Of a DNA stretch of 64,000 bases, positions 27,080-40,084 are shown one piece after another. Numbering within the stretch: position 1 is the first letter of the stretch; every line of letters begins with the position of its first letter. The notes below the pieces were generated by a model. That model was not told the DNA's origin. It ran no database searches and saw nothing but the letters and a program-made list of their open reading frames with translations. The stretch comes from Octopus vulgaris (taxonomy: Eukaryota). The stretch covers positions 90,768,001 to 90,832,000 of the forward strand of contig OX597816.1 in NCBI GenBank assembly GCA_951406725.2, given 5' to 3'. The position numbers and the translations under genes were made by a program.

Positions 27080-28070
27080 ATTTTAATCAGTACCAGCGGA
27101 GTACTGGGATCGATGTACTTGAATGTCTGCTCCACACCTAGGGGTGGAGGAATGCATAAAACTTGAGTGCATTTCATTGCATGTGTGTCTGGAGTCATGT
27201 CAGGAAGCAATGCTGGAGGCAGCGCCGAATGAGAACATACTAGCAGAGACAGAACCTTTGGTTGAGTTTTAAGAAAAAGTACAGGGGGAGAAGCTAACGT
27301 TATGGTAGTGTTTTCACATGAAAATCAGAAGCTAGCTGGACCTGAGTCATGGAAGCAGTTGCTGAATGACCGTCTAAAGAAAGATACCGAATTGATGATC
27401 TTTGCAACCCTTGAGAACAAATTCTGTCAAGTACTCTATTGACCACACATCAGAGTCACCGCCGTGCAGAAAATGTGGGCTGGAAACCGAGAGTATACGT
27501 CAAATTATCAGTGGCTACTCACAATTAGCACAAAAAATAGTAGCGACACCGACACAATAAGATCGCTCTTAGGGAAACTCTACAAGAATATGAGTTTCCG
27601 TGTACAGATAAGTGGTGTGACCATATTCAGCAGGACTTGGTTGAGAATGAGCGACAGAAGCTCATTGCGACACGACCGTCTATATAGAGAAGCGTGTGGA
27701 CCACAATCACTCTGATATCACAACTGTGCACAAAGACACACATGAATGTTTCAGGATAGACATCGCTGTTCCGGAATTCATCGAGAGTGTGAAACTAGAC
27801 AAATAGTAGGATTTGGCGTGTCAGTTACGGGAAATACATCAAGTAACTGTCATTTTTTTATCGGTGTACTCCAAACAATTTCAAAGAATCTGGATGCAAT
27901 ACCTGAAATCTTAAACACATTAGATATATCATGCAATGCATAAATAGCTGCTGAGCTTAGAGCAGCTCATTTGCTGAGGAAAGTGTTGTGCCTCTGAGCC
28001 GCGAGCAGGAGCTAAGGCATAATTAAGCACAACCCGACCATAAAAGATCTATGTGTTCGAGAAAACAGCG
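27080..28070 (+). mobile_element. R4/Dong-type (RLE) LINE 3' fragment flanked by (AAT)n
   Basis: SWKQLLNDRLKKDTELMIFA, PCRKCGLETESIRQIISG..RHNKIA (degenerate CCHC plus RH), VDHNHSDI..CFRIDIAVP (PD-D endonuclease), LLRKVL*. Confidence 0.8.
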
Positions 28071-28088
28071 ATAATGATGATGATGATG

Positions 28089-28153
<65 letters not shown>

Positions 28154-28154
<1 letters not shown>

Positions 28155-28345
28155 GTTTCAAATTTTGGCACAAGGCCAGCGATTTCGGAGAGAAGGTGGG
28201 TCGATTAAATCGATCCCAGTGATAAACTAGTAACTATTTTATCGACTCTGAAAGGATGAAAGGCATAGTCAACTTCGGTAGAATTTGAACTCGGAACATA
28301 TAAAAACGGAGGAAATGCCGCAAAGCATTTTGCCCGGCATGCTCA
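28154..28345 (-). mobile_element. Family A SINE
   Basis: Family A body and tail (ttcaaattttggcacaaggccagc). Confidence 0.75.
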
Positions 28346-28449
28346 CAAAAACAACAACAACAGCAATAATGATGAGAATGATGATGACGATGATAATAAT
28401 AATTATAACAATAACAACAACAACAACAATAATAATAATAGTAACAATC

Positions 28450-29822
28450 ATGTTGGGACTAACTATCATAAATACCGGTTGGTGGTAACCTAAAAACACA
28501 TCTCATTTGTGCGTGAAAATGCTAATCAAAATAAATTATTATAACAGTGTGAACGAGACTATAGTGAAGGTGCCCCACAGTGCAGCAGAGTGGGTCCGGT
28601 CGTAATCCAACGACTGTTAGCCGAACTGCAGGTCATAGTCCTTGTACTGGTCAAATTATGCAACCTGCTCGCAAACGCAAGTGGTCTGCTGATATGAACT
28701 AAAAGGCGATCTAGTGCCATGGACAAGCCTTGCTAGACAAAAACAATGACAAATGTAAAGCTGTCAGAAAAAGATCATTAGAATTTTGGAACTAGCTGGG
28801 CATGTTCCAGATTACTGAAAATGGATTCATAAATCAGATAAGAATAATTAGGAATAAAGGCTTTCTTAATGAGGCTTAGATTCAAACAATCATGAAAAGC
28901 CTCTGTAGCGGAGAGAATCTTGAGGAGAATAACGTAGGTGAAGATCAGCGCATACATAGCCATACAAGGTGAAGTTATAGTGGAGGAGAAGCCGGCCAAT
29001 CAATATAATGTAGAAAACCCTGAAATAAGAGAGGATATGACTGAGGAACGGAGAAACTCCAGGAAGACTCGATGATATAATAATTACAAGAACAGAGACC
29101 AAGTCTGTGAATCTAAGAAGCTTCAACTCTAACAATGTGAAACGCGCGACCCAAAAAGCTGATGAGATTCTGAAATGCAATCTAATAAAAGATCTAACCG
29201 GAAACAAGGGCCTTGATAAGATCCGCTTCAATTTTAGTAGGTGAACTGGTTGGAAAGAAAGAGAAGAAAGTAGACGGACAGAAGGAGCTATGGTGAAAGT
29301 AAACAATTGAAGGCGATATTCTAACTTTGCGTAAAGATCAGAGCCGCATAGAAGAGCGGTCCAAAGGGCAATGGTAAAATGGAAAAGAAAATACAAGGTC
29401 ATATCTTGACGCGAAGTACCAAATAGGAAAGGAAGGGTTCACAATTTATGCGTGCTAAAACATTAAAGGTGCAACGTTACACTGATCGCATATCGCAGTT
29501 CCAATAAAACCAGTTACTCTCAAATAACTAGAAGCAGTTTTTTAAGGGCTTGGGAGGAAATACACCTCCTGAAACAGAAGAAATTCGCAAATTTTGGAAT
29601 AACATCTAGGAGCAAGGTGTTTCGCACAACCACAGTGTTAAGTGGATTCATTCCGAGAGATCCAAACTCCACCACCCAGAGGTTCCACGACAGGAGCATA
29701 TGTGCGAAACAACGGATGTCATTGCACAGATATCAAAACTGCGAAACTGGAAAGCGGCAGGACCAGACGGAGTTCAAGGCTACTGGCTCAAGTGGTTCAG
29801 GTCAGTACACAAGAGAATCAGA
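28450..29822 (+). mobile_element. R4/Dong-type LINE 5' portion (degenerate ORF N-terminus to RT domain 0)
   Basis: RKRKWSADMN (Myb-like N-terminus), FWNNI, and ISKLRNWKAAGPDGVQGYWLKWFRSVH (the conserved PGPDG-type motif). Confidence 0.75.
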
Positions 29823-30042
29823 AATAATGATAATAATGATGATAATAATAATGATGATGATGATAATAATAATGATAATAATAATGATGATAATAATAAG
29901 GATAATGATAATAATAATGATGATGATAATAATAATGATGATGATAATAATGATGATGATAATAATAATGATGATGATAATAATAATGATGATGTTAATA
30001 ATAATAATTATGATAATAATAATGATGATGATGATGATGATA

Positions 30043-30085
<43 letters not shown>

Positions 30086-30138
30086 TGATGATGATAATAA
30101 TAATTATAATAATGATGATGATAATAATAATAATGATG

Positions 30139-30169
<31 letters not shown>

Positions 30170-30230
30170 TGATGATAATAATAATAATAATAATAATGAT
30201 AATAATGATGATGATGATGATGATGATGAT
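29823..30230. repeat. (AAT/GAT)n compound microsatellite
   Basis: Directly visible. Confidence 0.97.
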
Positions 30231-30840
30231 GGAGACAAGGAAACTACTAACATCTAAGAACATGCACAACCCAAAAGCAGACGTTCGTCGTCTTTACCTA
30301 CCTAGAAGAATTGGGAGAAGGGGAATGATGCAGGTAGAACTGTGCTATAAGACCTCCACAATACTAACGAACAAGTTCTTATCTAGTACAGAAGACTAGA
30401 TGCTGCGGCTTGCGTGCAAACACGAAAGTAGCAAAAAATCACATTCTATTATCAAGGAAGCTTGCAAGCTCGCAAGGAAGCTTGGCATTAACCCTGAATT
30501 AAATGAAGAACCTGAAACCACTACCACAAAACAAGCCAATCAGATCAAGCAGACTGCAAAAAAGAAAGGGCAGAAACAAATTAAGGAGCAGTAGAGCCAG
30601 AAGTCTCTGCATGGATAGTATATAATTCGAAGTCAAAATGCTGATGTAGACCAAACAACAACCCATTAGTGGTTGAGAAGCTCAGGACTGAAAGCAGAGA
30701 CTGAAGGTTTCATATTGACGGCACAAGATTAAAGCTTGCTTACAAAAGACTACCAGGCTAACGTTCTTCAAAACCGTTCTAACACTAAACGCAAATTCTG
30801 CGATAAATTTGATGAATCAATAGACCATCTCGTCTCTTGC
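30231..30840 (+). mobile_element. R4/Dong-type LINE internal fragment (post-RT)
   Basis: TRKLLTSKNMHNPKADVRRLYLPRRIGRRGM...KSLHG...WLRSSGLKAETEGFILTAQD. Closely similar to 35185-35760. Confidence 0.88.
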
Positions 30841-30859
30841 TTAGTAATTGATCCATTCT

Positions 30860-31110
30860 GTCATTTGATTTCAGGATTGTAAAGGAAGAATATGAAAAAT
30901 GGCAAAAGTAATTTGAATTTGAAGTTTCTAGAATTTGGAGTATGAAATATGTAAAGTTTATGTCTGTAATAACTGGTGTATTAATAACTGTGAATAATAA
31001 AGTAGACAAATGGTGGAAAGAGACTGGAATAGAATGTCCTCTTAGGGAAAGGAAATATTAAGAAAAGGGCTTAGGATATCTAAGGTTACAGGTAGTAACC
31101 CACTACCCAT
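30860..31110 (+). mobile_element. Degenerate R4/Dong-type LINE 3' end
   Basis: KEEYEK..EVSRIWSMKYVKFMSVITGVL resembles the RLE C-terminus at 34100-34300. Confidence 0.55.
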
Positions 31111-31196
31111 ATAAATTCTACCAGGAATAAGAGCAAACCTGAGTTAAATCGAATAATAATGTCACACACACACGTACATAGTACGTATACATACAT

Positions 31197-31257
<61 letters not shown>

Positions 31258-32334
31258 GTAGCGAACAGACATAGATACTCTCCCATCCTTGACTCAACAG
31301 AAGATGGAGAATGTGATAGATGGAGTGAGAGAACTCTATCTGCAGTCGGCTAGTGCTAATTTCCGGCTGAGGAGACAGGAGCAATGTGAAATTTAATGCC
31401 TTACTCCACAGCACAACATACCATCCAATGGTCATATCCATGCATATTCCACCAGATTACAAATTATTTCGTGGGATATCTATACTAATAAACTATCCAT
31501 TGATACCGAAAAGGGATGAGGCGTCAATTTCCTTTGGTTGTTACCCTCGTATTCCTTTGCCTCATGCATTGTGGTAGCAGATTGTGGGTAGATGTGTTGA
31601 GCACCAAATTCACTCATTGTATCACCCCTTTTGGGTTTTAAATACTAAGTGTAGGCTTCCATACGCCCTAGCCCAATCAATGGAACAAGTATTGTCATCC
31701 ACATCGGACATGATTTCCTCCATTTATTTTGTTGATTTGCGTGCAAATGGAAGAACTCCCTTTTCCTGCTACTTCGGGAAGAGCAGAGCCACGTTATTTT
31801 CTACATTATCCATTTTCCCATATTCTTTTTCTCAGGATCCGATTAATATCAATCACCTCTGTCTTATTAGCAATATTAGCAGAACTACTGCTATTGCTAT
31901 TAACGTTACTAGAAATATATTTTTCTTCATTCGTTAGAATATGCTACGTATTGTATGTTTGTTCAAATATATTCATTTTCTTTTTTTTTTCTATTTACCT
32001 TTTTTTTTTTAAATCTCTTTATCTTTAGTGAAATTTTTATCGAAATTCTTGAGAGTGTGTAGCAATTTTTTTCTTCTACCAGACAAGAGGCCATCTCCAC
32101 AACTTGTAAACAACAATTAAACAAAAAGAAAAAAAAAATCATGCAAATATTTAAAAGTGTAGACGTCTAAAAGTTTCAGCAGTCCCCTGTTTACAAAATG
32201 ATAAAAAAATAAGAAGAAAAACAGAAATCAGAAAAGATTTTCTTAAAGTAAATGTAGTAAAATCTAACTTTTCGTAGAGCTATCTCATGAGACGCCCGTA
32301 CACTTCAACACAAAAATATAAAACTAAAACAATA

Positions 32335-32436
<102 letters not shown>

Positions 32437-32884
32437 TATAATAATATTTTGAAAAAGAAGTGACAGATCTAACTTCAAATAAAAAATATATATAATTAAC
32501 TAAAGTTTCAATTTAATAAATTGGAAATTAAGTGTACTAAAGAACCTAGACAAGAAAACAGCAAATTATAATATGATATTTAAAATGCACTACCCTAAAT
32601 TCTTTTAAATGTAGTATACTTTCAACGCTCTAAAAGAGAGAATTACTTAAATAACTAATGGAAGAAAGTTTGTAGAAAATGAGGCTTTTTCTACAAATTA
32701 GTCAGGGAAAATAATAATAACAAGAAACTATTTTCATAAGAAATGTTTTAATCTTCATTGTAGAGGTTGATATATAGAGGAAAACGGAATATCAAAACAG
32801 TATAACAACTGAAAAAGCAGAAACAACCATAATATGAGAAACATTTTTACATATTCCGACACTAGCTTGAATGGACAGGTTTTA

Positions 32885-33168
32885 ATATAGTTCTATATTT
32901 AAGATATGAGGAATTATGTACTTTATTTACTTTCGACGGATATTTGTCCTCATCTTGTTTGTAGTTAATACAACGTTTCGGCTGATATACCCTCCAGCCT
33001 TCTTCAGGTGTCTTGGACAAATTTCGAACCTGGGTTCTCATTCCTAAAGTATTCTTCGATGTTATTATTTTTATTATTATTATTATTATTGTTCATGTCA
33101 CTGCTTGGAATCGAACTCGGAATCTTGGGGTGAGTAGACTGCGCTCTTAACCACAACGCCATATGCCC
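32885..33168 (-). mobile_element. tRNA-headed SINE-like element containing a hammerhead ribozyme
   Basis: Minus strand: GGGCATATGGCGTTGTGGTTAAGAGCG (A box)...GAGTTCGATTCC (B box), then a short (AAT)n, a spacer, the HHR and an ~80-nt tail. Confidence 0.7.
32967..33012 (-). ncRNA. Minimal type I hammerhead ribozyme motif
   Basis: GACAC-CTGAAGA-A-GGCTG GAGGGTATAT CAGCC-GAAAC-GTT-GTATT. CUGANGA core with one extra A, perfect 5-bp stem II, palindromic AACGTT stem III, GUU triplet, stem I 4/5 paired. Confidence 0.78.
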
Positions 33169-33189
33169 ACGGGCATATGATGATGATGA

Positions 33190-33745
33190 TGCCCGAATGC
33201 AATACCAGGTAGTGGCTCTCAAGGCTTCTGATCTCCACTGATTAGAAGTGTTATCAAGTACATTGTTTTGTCTTGGTGTAAAAATGGGTTACAGCAAATA
33301 TTCTGCTCAATACCACAGATTTGCTTGTCAGTTGTTTGACATTAATCAGTTGAGCATGTCCCTTGGTGGCTGACAATATTTGCATCGCTGATCACGAGCA
33401 GGAGTTGTGGGGGAGCATCATAACCATGTGTTGAGAGGAATTCTTTGGGATATGAATAATTCACCTCTGGAAACATGGGTGTTTCGTTCAACATCCGTAA
33501 TCAACCCTTATTCAAAGGACCTTTTAAGTAGGATGGGCTACTAAACTTGAAAAAAATTATAACTGGCTCCCACCTACAAAATAATGCGCTGTTTGTCTAG
33601 ATATGAGATCACCGTGTCGAGCACAAACAGTTGTGATGCATGTGTCCAGTGTACCTTCATCAGATAGGGAGTCATAATGGGTATATTAAGCGTCATATAT
33701 TTGTAGCCCAGTGTCACTATTATACCAACAGCCACTCTCTCACTC
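33190..33745 (+). mobile_element. ~560-bp non-coding repeat bounded by (ATG)n/(AAT)n; probable non-autonomous Dong-associated element
   Basis: Homologous copies at 63530-63851 and 63905-64000. Each complete 3' end is ...CTCTCTCACTC(AAT)n. Confidence 0.7.
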
Positions 33746-33791
33746 AATAATAATAACAACAACAACAACAATAATAATAATAACAATAATG

Positions 33792-33825
<34 letters not shown>

Positions 33826-33868
33826 TAATAATAATAATAATAATAATAACAACAACAATAATAATAAT

Positions 33869-34380
33869 GGACTTGACAGGGCAAAAAATTGGTACGACCA
33901 CAAACCTGAAGGCATCGTCGAAAATAGAAATGCAAAGATCCTATGGGATTTTATGATTCAGTGCGACCATGCGGTAGAGAATAGGAAGCCAGGCATAGTC
34001 ATAATTGAGAAAGAAAGCAAACTATGCTGGATCATAGATATAGCATGCCCAGCTGACAACAAGGTATGTGATAAGGAAGAAAGAAGAGTTGAGAGATATG
34101 ATAGGTTAACTTGGGAAGTTAAGCAGTTGTGGTCGATGAAAAAGGTAGCAGTAGTACCAATAATTGTGGGAGCCCTGGGAACAGTGAGCAAAAATCTTAA
34201 AAAGTACGTGAAACAAATAGGGCCTGCAATAAGAGTGGAGCACTTGCAGAAAACAGCACTGCTTGGAACCGTTCGAATACTCCGGAAGGTGCTCGAAAAA
34301 TAAGGGGTGTTACCTTAGTTCACTGGTAGTGAACAGCTGACACTGTAGTACATCTCCAGCGTTAGAACCTGTGCAAAGGC
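33869..34380 (+). mobile_element. R4/Dong-type LINE 3' end with an intact RLE endonuclease frame
   Basis: WYDHKPEGIVENRNAKILWDFMIQCDHAVENRKPGIVIIEK..CWIIDIACPAD..KEERRVERY..VVPIIVGALG..LQKTALLGTVRILRKVL*. (AAT)n on both sides. Confidence 0.92.
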
Positions 34381-34411
34381 AATGATGATGATGATGATGA
34401 TGATAATAATG

Positions 34412-34472
<61 letters not shown>

Positions 34473-34475
<3 letters not shown>

Positions 34476-36450
34476 CGGCATGGATAGACTACAGGAAAGC
34501 GTTTGATAGTGTTCCACATAATTGGCTACTCAAGGCCCTTGAGATATACATCTTCTGTCGTCTCCAAGTTCTTAAAAGGTGGAACACACTTCTTCTAAAC
34601 CATAGTAATGGGATGAGCCAATTTAACAGCATCGATATCAAAAGAGGCATCTTTTAAGGTGACTCCCTCTCTCCATTACTCTTTGGCATGGCTCTGATCC
34701 CACTCTCAAACGAGTATGGGTTCAAAGTTTATAATACGACAATAAACCACCTGTTTTATACGGAGGATCTGAAGCTGTTTGCTAGAAACGAGAAAGTGCT
34801 AGTAGGGCTACTAACAACTGTTAAATAGTTCAGCACTGACATCGGAATGGATTTTGGCCTTGATAAGTGTGATAAAGCAACCTTTGCACGAGAGAAGCTC
34901 AAGCAAACATCTTCATTTAAATTAGATACCGACTCTACAATGAGCTTGACCCACAAGGAAATTGCAAATACCTGGGGATAAACGAAGGAGATGATACACA
35001 ACATGCTACCACCAAGGAAAAAAATAAGAAAGGAGTATTATAGGAGAATAAAACTCATACTAAGAACTGAACTCAATTCGACAAATCGCACCAAAGCCAT
35101 TAATACCCTGACATTTCCAGTGGTCCAATATAGTTTTAGCATCATCAACTGGAACCTTCCAGAGCTCCAACGCCTGGACAGGAAGACAAGAAAACTACTA
35201 ACACCTAAGAACATGCAGAACCCCAAAACAGACGTTCATCGTCTCTACCTACCTAGAAGTAATGGGGAAAGAGGAATGATTCGGATAGAATTGTACTATA
35301 AGACCTCCACAATAGCAATGAACAAGTACTTATCTAGTACAGAAGATCGGATGCTGCGGCTTGCGTGCAAACACGAAAGCAGCAAAAATTCTATTGTCAA
35401 GGAAGCTTGCAAATTCGCAAGGAAACTTAGCATTAACCTTGAATTAAATAAAGAACATGAAACCACTGACACAAAAGAAGCAAAACAGATCAAGCAGAAT
35501 GCAAAAAAGAACGGACAGAAACAAATTGAGGAGCGGTGGAGCCAGAAGTCTCTGCATGGACAGTATATAATTCAAAGTCAAAATGCTGAAATAGTGGATG
35601 AGAAGCTCAGGACTGAAAGCAGAGACCAAAGGTTTCATATTGGCGGCACACGATTAAAGCTTGCTTACAAAAGACTACCAGGCTAGCGTTCTTCAAAACC
35701 GTTCTGACCCTAAATGCAGATTCTGCGATAAATTTGATGAAGTAATGGACCATCACGTCTCGGGATTTCCTGTACTGATACCAAAGGAATGTAAAAATCG
35801 CCACGACAAAGTAGGACAGTATTTACATTGGAAAATATGTAAACACTATAAAATCAGCACTCCTCTTTACTGGTATGAACATCCTCCTGAACCAGTTGTT
35901 GAAGATAAAAATGTCACTATACCCTGAATTTTCCATTCAACACCAACAGAACGATCCAGGCTAATCGGTTAGACATAATCGTTAAAGACAAGGAAGAAAA
36001 CACTTGAAGACTAACAAATGTAAGTGTTCCCACTGAAAAAAAAATATCTGTAAAGGAATTTGACAAATTAAGTAAATATAAGGACCTGGAAATTGAGATA
36101 CAAAAGATGTGACATCTTAAAGCGAGAACTGTTCCTGTTATTATAGTTGCCCTAGGTATGATAAAAATGGTATGTCATAAACATCAGATAATATCCCAGG
36201 AGAACCATGTATCAGAGAAATCCAAAAGATTGCGCTGACACGTAATTAAAAAAAATCCTTAGAAAAACTCTATCCGTTTAAATGTCTGTATTGTATTACA
36301 TGAAAATATTTCGTTACTACTGACACTTCCCCTCCCCAAGCTTTCAGTAAAAAAAAATTATCTCTTATCCTTCACTCGCCCCAGGACACTGGGTGTGTCT
36401 CGGCAAATGATTGTAACAAACATGCAGGTTAAAAGTTTTAAAAAAATGTT
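34473..36450 (+). mobile_element. 5'-truncated R4/Dong-type LINE (RT + CCHC + RLE), pseudogenised
   Basis: AWIDYRKAFDSVPH, RGIF*GDSLSPLLF, HLFYTEDLKL (degenerate YMDD), KYLG, RLYLPR..ERG, CRFCDKFDEVMDHHVSG, RHDKVG, KYKDLEIEI. Confidence 0.93.
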
Positions 36451-36529
36451 ATGCATTCTACTACGAGCTACAATTATTAGCATTACAGAGTCTGGGTTTG
36501 AATACATTGGAAAAGAAGTAAGATGAACG

Positions 36530-36880
36530 TAGACCAGAAAAGGTCTTAGCAAATGAAACAGCAATCATATTATGGGATACGCTAATTCTCACACAGGGAT
36601 CAAGGTTAAAGTGAATATTGTTATCAAGGACTCCCAGGCAAGAAAATGCATCTTAATCGAATTGTCAGTCCAAGCAGATGATAATGTCTTTCTAAAAGAT
36701 CTGGAAATGGAGATGACCAGAAAACCCACAATTAAAAACAGATCCATACCTTGTAATAGATGCCCTTGCGATGTCCATATAGTCGCATCGGCACACATAT
36801 CAAGTAGAAGCCTTTCAATACAACACAAAACATATAATCTAAAAGATATTGTAGGCATGCAAAGTGCATAAATCGGTAAT
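36530..36880 (+). mobile_element. Degenerate RLE LINE 3' fragment
   Basis: IILWDT..NIVIKDSQARKCILIELSV..D.NV.LK; followed by (AAT)n. Confidence 0.55.
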
Positions 36881-36982
36881 GCGTGAATCAATGTAATAAA
36901 AGACTACTGAACAACATAAAGCAAATAATAATAATAATAATAAGGGACAACTGTTATGAAACTACTACAACTAATAATAATA

Positions 36983-37379
36983 ATTTCAAATTTGGGGACA
37001 GGGCCAGCAAGTTTTGAGAAGTCCATGTACATGGGCATAAATATGTACATGGGTATAAATATGGACTCCAGTAACAGACTGGTACTTATTTTATCGACCC
37101 CAAAATGTAAAGCTGACCTTGGTGGAATTTGAACCCAGAAAGTAGTTTGACAAAATGCCGCTAAGCATTTTGCCAGGCGTGCTAATGAGTCTGCCAGCTC
37201 GCCACCCTTATAATAATGATGATAATGATGACGACAACGATGATGATGATGATCTCAAATTTTGGCACAAGGCCGGCAATTTCAGGGTTGGGGCAAGTTG
37301 ATTACATCGACCCCAGTGTTCAACAGGCACTTATTCTATCGATCCTGAAAGGATGAAAGGCAAAGTCGATCCTTGCGGA

Positions 37380-37380
<1 letters not shown>
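36983..37380 (-). mobile_element. Two family A SINE copies
   Basis: Family A head, body and tail matches. Confidence 0.75.
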
Positions 37381-37410
<30 letters not shown>

Positions 37411-37486
37411 CGAAGCAAAGTTGGAGAGGGTGACAAAATAAAATAAGGTTAGGAAAAGTTATTTATTTGCACGTCATTTAGTAGAA

Positions 37487-37873
37487 ATATTTATTTCTTT
37501 ATTGCCCACAGGAGGCTAAATATAGAGGGGACAAACAAAGGGATTAAGTCGATTACAACGACCTCAGTGCGTAACTGGCACTTATTTAATCGGTTCCGAA
37601 AGGATGAAAGGCAAAGTCGACCTCGGCGGAATTTGAACATAGAACTTAACAGCAGACTAAATACCCATTTCTTTACTACCCACAAGGGGCTAAACATAGA
37701 GAGGACAAAAAAACGGATTTAGTCGATTATATCGACCCCAGTGCGTAACTGGTACTTATTTAATCGACCCCGAAAGGATGAACGGCGGAGTTTGAACTCA
37801 GAACGTAACGGCAGACAAAATACCGCTGAGCATTTCGCCCGGCGTGCTAACGTTTCTGCCAGCTCGCCGCCCT
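37487..37873 (-). mobile_element. Dimeric family A SINE with 11-bp TSD
   Basis: Head at 37872, duplicated body. ATTTAGTAGAA occurs at 37476-37486 and 37874-37884. Confidence 0.85.
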
Positions 37874-38639
37874 ATTTAGTAGAACTGTTATTAAGCGTTA
37901 TATCTTGAGTTAGAGTAACTGTTTAAACAGATGATAAGGGTTGAATAAATCGCAGAAGTATATGTAAAAGAAAAAAAAAGTATCTAATTTTGAGGCATGG
38001 TCCAGTTGTTATTGAATTAATCTATCATTTCCCTCCATTCAACCCTGGAATTCAAGAAGACTACGTCAGTAAAAATTATTTAAATACAGATATATTTCAT
38101 GTTTAGCTTCTATGAAATCAATGAGTGGAATGTTAAGAAAAAATAAACAACTGAATATAGGATATGTATCTCCAAAAGCATAGGGTAAATTTCAGTAAAT
38201 TTCATGTTGCTATTGGAATGCTTGAGAGAGAAAAAGAGAGGGAGAGAGAGAGAGAGTGAGATAGAGAGGGAGAAGCTATAACTCATTTCATGCGTTCAAT
38301 TTCAACTTCCCTTGTTGAGTAATACAAATAATAAAAAAGTAAAGCAATGAGAAATCATAAAGAAAAAAAAAACCAATATACATGGATGAATAACAATGAC
38401 AAGGAAATGTATGTTGTGTGTGTGTGAATGTGAGGATTCTGACTATGTTTCTTCAAGCTACCGACTAAACTATGGAATGGACTCAGCTCTGTTAAGCATA
38501 GTGTAGTATATAATATGTACTAATATATACTTAGTTTAAGTATAATTTCTATGCCTGTACATGGGTATAAATTGGCATCATTGTGGGATTTTTAATATAT
38601 TCATGTGTACGCACATACATGCGTATGTGTGTGTGTGCG

Positions 38640-38666
<27 letters not shown>

Positions 38667-38670
<4 letters not shown>

Positions 38671-38858
38671 GGGGGATTCACAAAAAAGATAACCAAAAGA
38701 CGAAGACAGGTGGTGTAGACAACAAACCGATATATTAGTTTAACGCTCAGGAAGGGAAAAAGTCTTTAACGTTTCGAGCCTACGCTCTTCCACAGAGAGG
38801 AATACAGAAAGAAACAAGGAGAGAAAATAAAGAATGTGTAGTGGCTAGCGATCTATTA
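38667..38858 (-). mobile_element. Short element ending in (TA)n with a variant HHR (38764-38799)
   Basis: Minus strand CTCT-CTGTGGA-A-GAGC GTAG GCTC-GAAAC-GTT-AAAG. Stem II and GAAACGTT are intact; the core is CUGUGGA instead of CUGANGA. Confidence 0.55.
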
Positions 38859-40084
38859 CACATATACATATGCATTCGATTTATTTTGCATGCATTTAGG
38901 TGGAGGGCGTTATATTTTGTGTAATTTTTCGGGAATAGTATTACTGTCAATTTTTACATCAGTTATACTTCGTTATCATTTCAATTAACTCTTCAACTAT
39001 CACAATTGTAATGGCCAAGATGAAAAATTATGTCATCAAAGTAGAAACAAATAACAAATATAAATAAACGATATTCATTCCCTGAATGAAGGGGATATAT
39101 AACAATTTAACTAACTCTCATTTTGTTATAATAGATTAATGTGGTTGTGATGTAGTTAATCAATGATTGACGAAAAGGTGTATTCGTGTGCTGCGTGTTA
39201 GAGTTACAAAATCATGGTTTTTTTAAATATGTTTTTATTCTGTTTATTTAAGCGGAGACACAAGTTGAAATAACAGTATTTGCGAATTAACAAATTAACA
39301 AATAAAAGAACATTTAGTCACTGCAACGAATTGATATATATAACGATTCATAATTAACAAGACAGATTAAGTTCAGGAAATAAGAACGACCTTTCGTGAG
39401 ATTTACCATCTAACTCTGCGTGGTGTCTTCGGTCGCTATTAAAATTTGAATATAGAATAATTGATAGGCGGTCACAAAGATTAAATCACCATAATCTCTT
39501 TTAGAATTTGATAGCCTTAGTTAGATTTGCTCACCTTCTGTATATACTATCGAAAACAGTTCCAGAACATTCTATAAACTATTCGATGGGAAGAATTCAG
39601 CTCACCAGCCGATTTGATTGGTTGTGACACGATCACGTAAGCTTAATCTCTTTTATAGCAAAGCTGGGTAATATAAATGAGATAGTTTAAAACAATGTCA
39701 TCTCATTATAGCTCGTAAGTTCGTGGATTCAATTCCCAGGTTGGTCAGTGCGTTGCGCTCTTGACCAAAATGCTTTATTCCATGTTGCCCCAATCGACTC
39801 AGGTTCAAATGAATACCAACAGCAGTTGGTGGTATTCATTTGCAACAGTCTAGCGTCCTGGTGCAAGGGCCTGGCATCCTATTCAGGGAAAGCAAGGGTT
39901 GTACTTAGTTGCTTATTCGTAACAGAGATTTGGGTTTAGACTGTGCCAGTAATCCTGTAGGTTCTTGATGATACTATCTTTAACTTTGGAAAGAAAGAAA
40001 TTACTACAAAAAACAAAATCTAATAGAAGCTGTTTCTAGACATATCTTAACACTGTAATATCCAACATCAGTGATAATAATTAT

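Noticed and set aside
29158-29185. CTGATGA-GATTCT-GAAA
   Set aside because: No room for stem II and no stem I; it lies inside a LINE coding remnant.
31365-31402. CTGAGGA...GAAA hammerhead-like string
   Set aside because: No NUH triplet (G at position 17), weak stems, and it matches the reverse strand of the family D SINE.
33195-33250. Short resemblance to U2 snRNA (ACCTGGTATTGCA on minus)
   Set aside because: The 13-nt match is not kept in the 63905 copy and there is no Sm site or wider co-linearity; likely chance.
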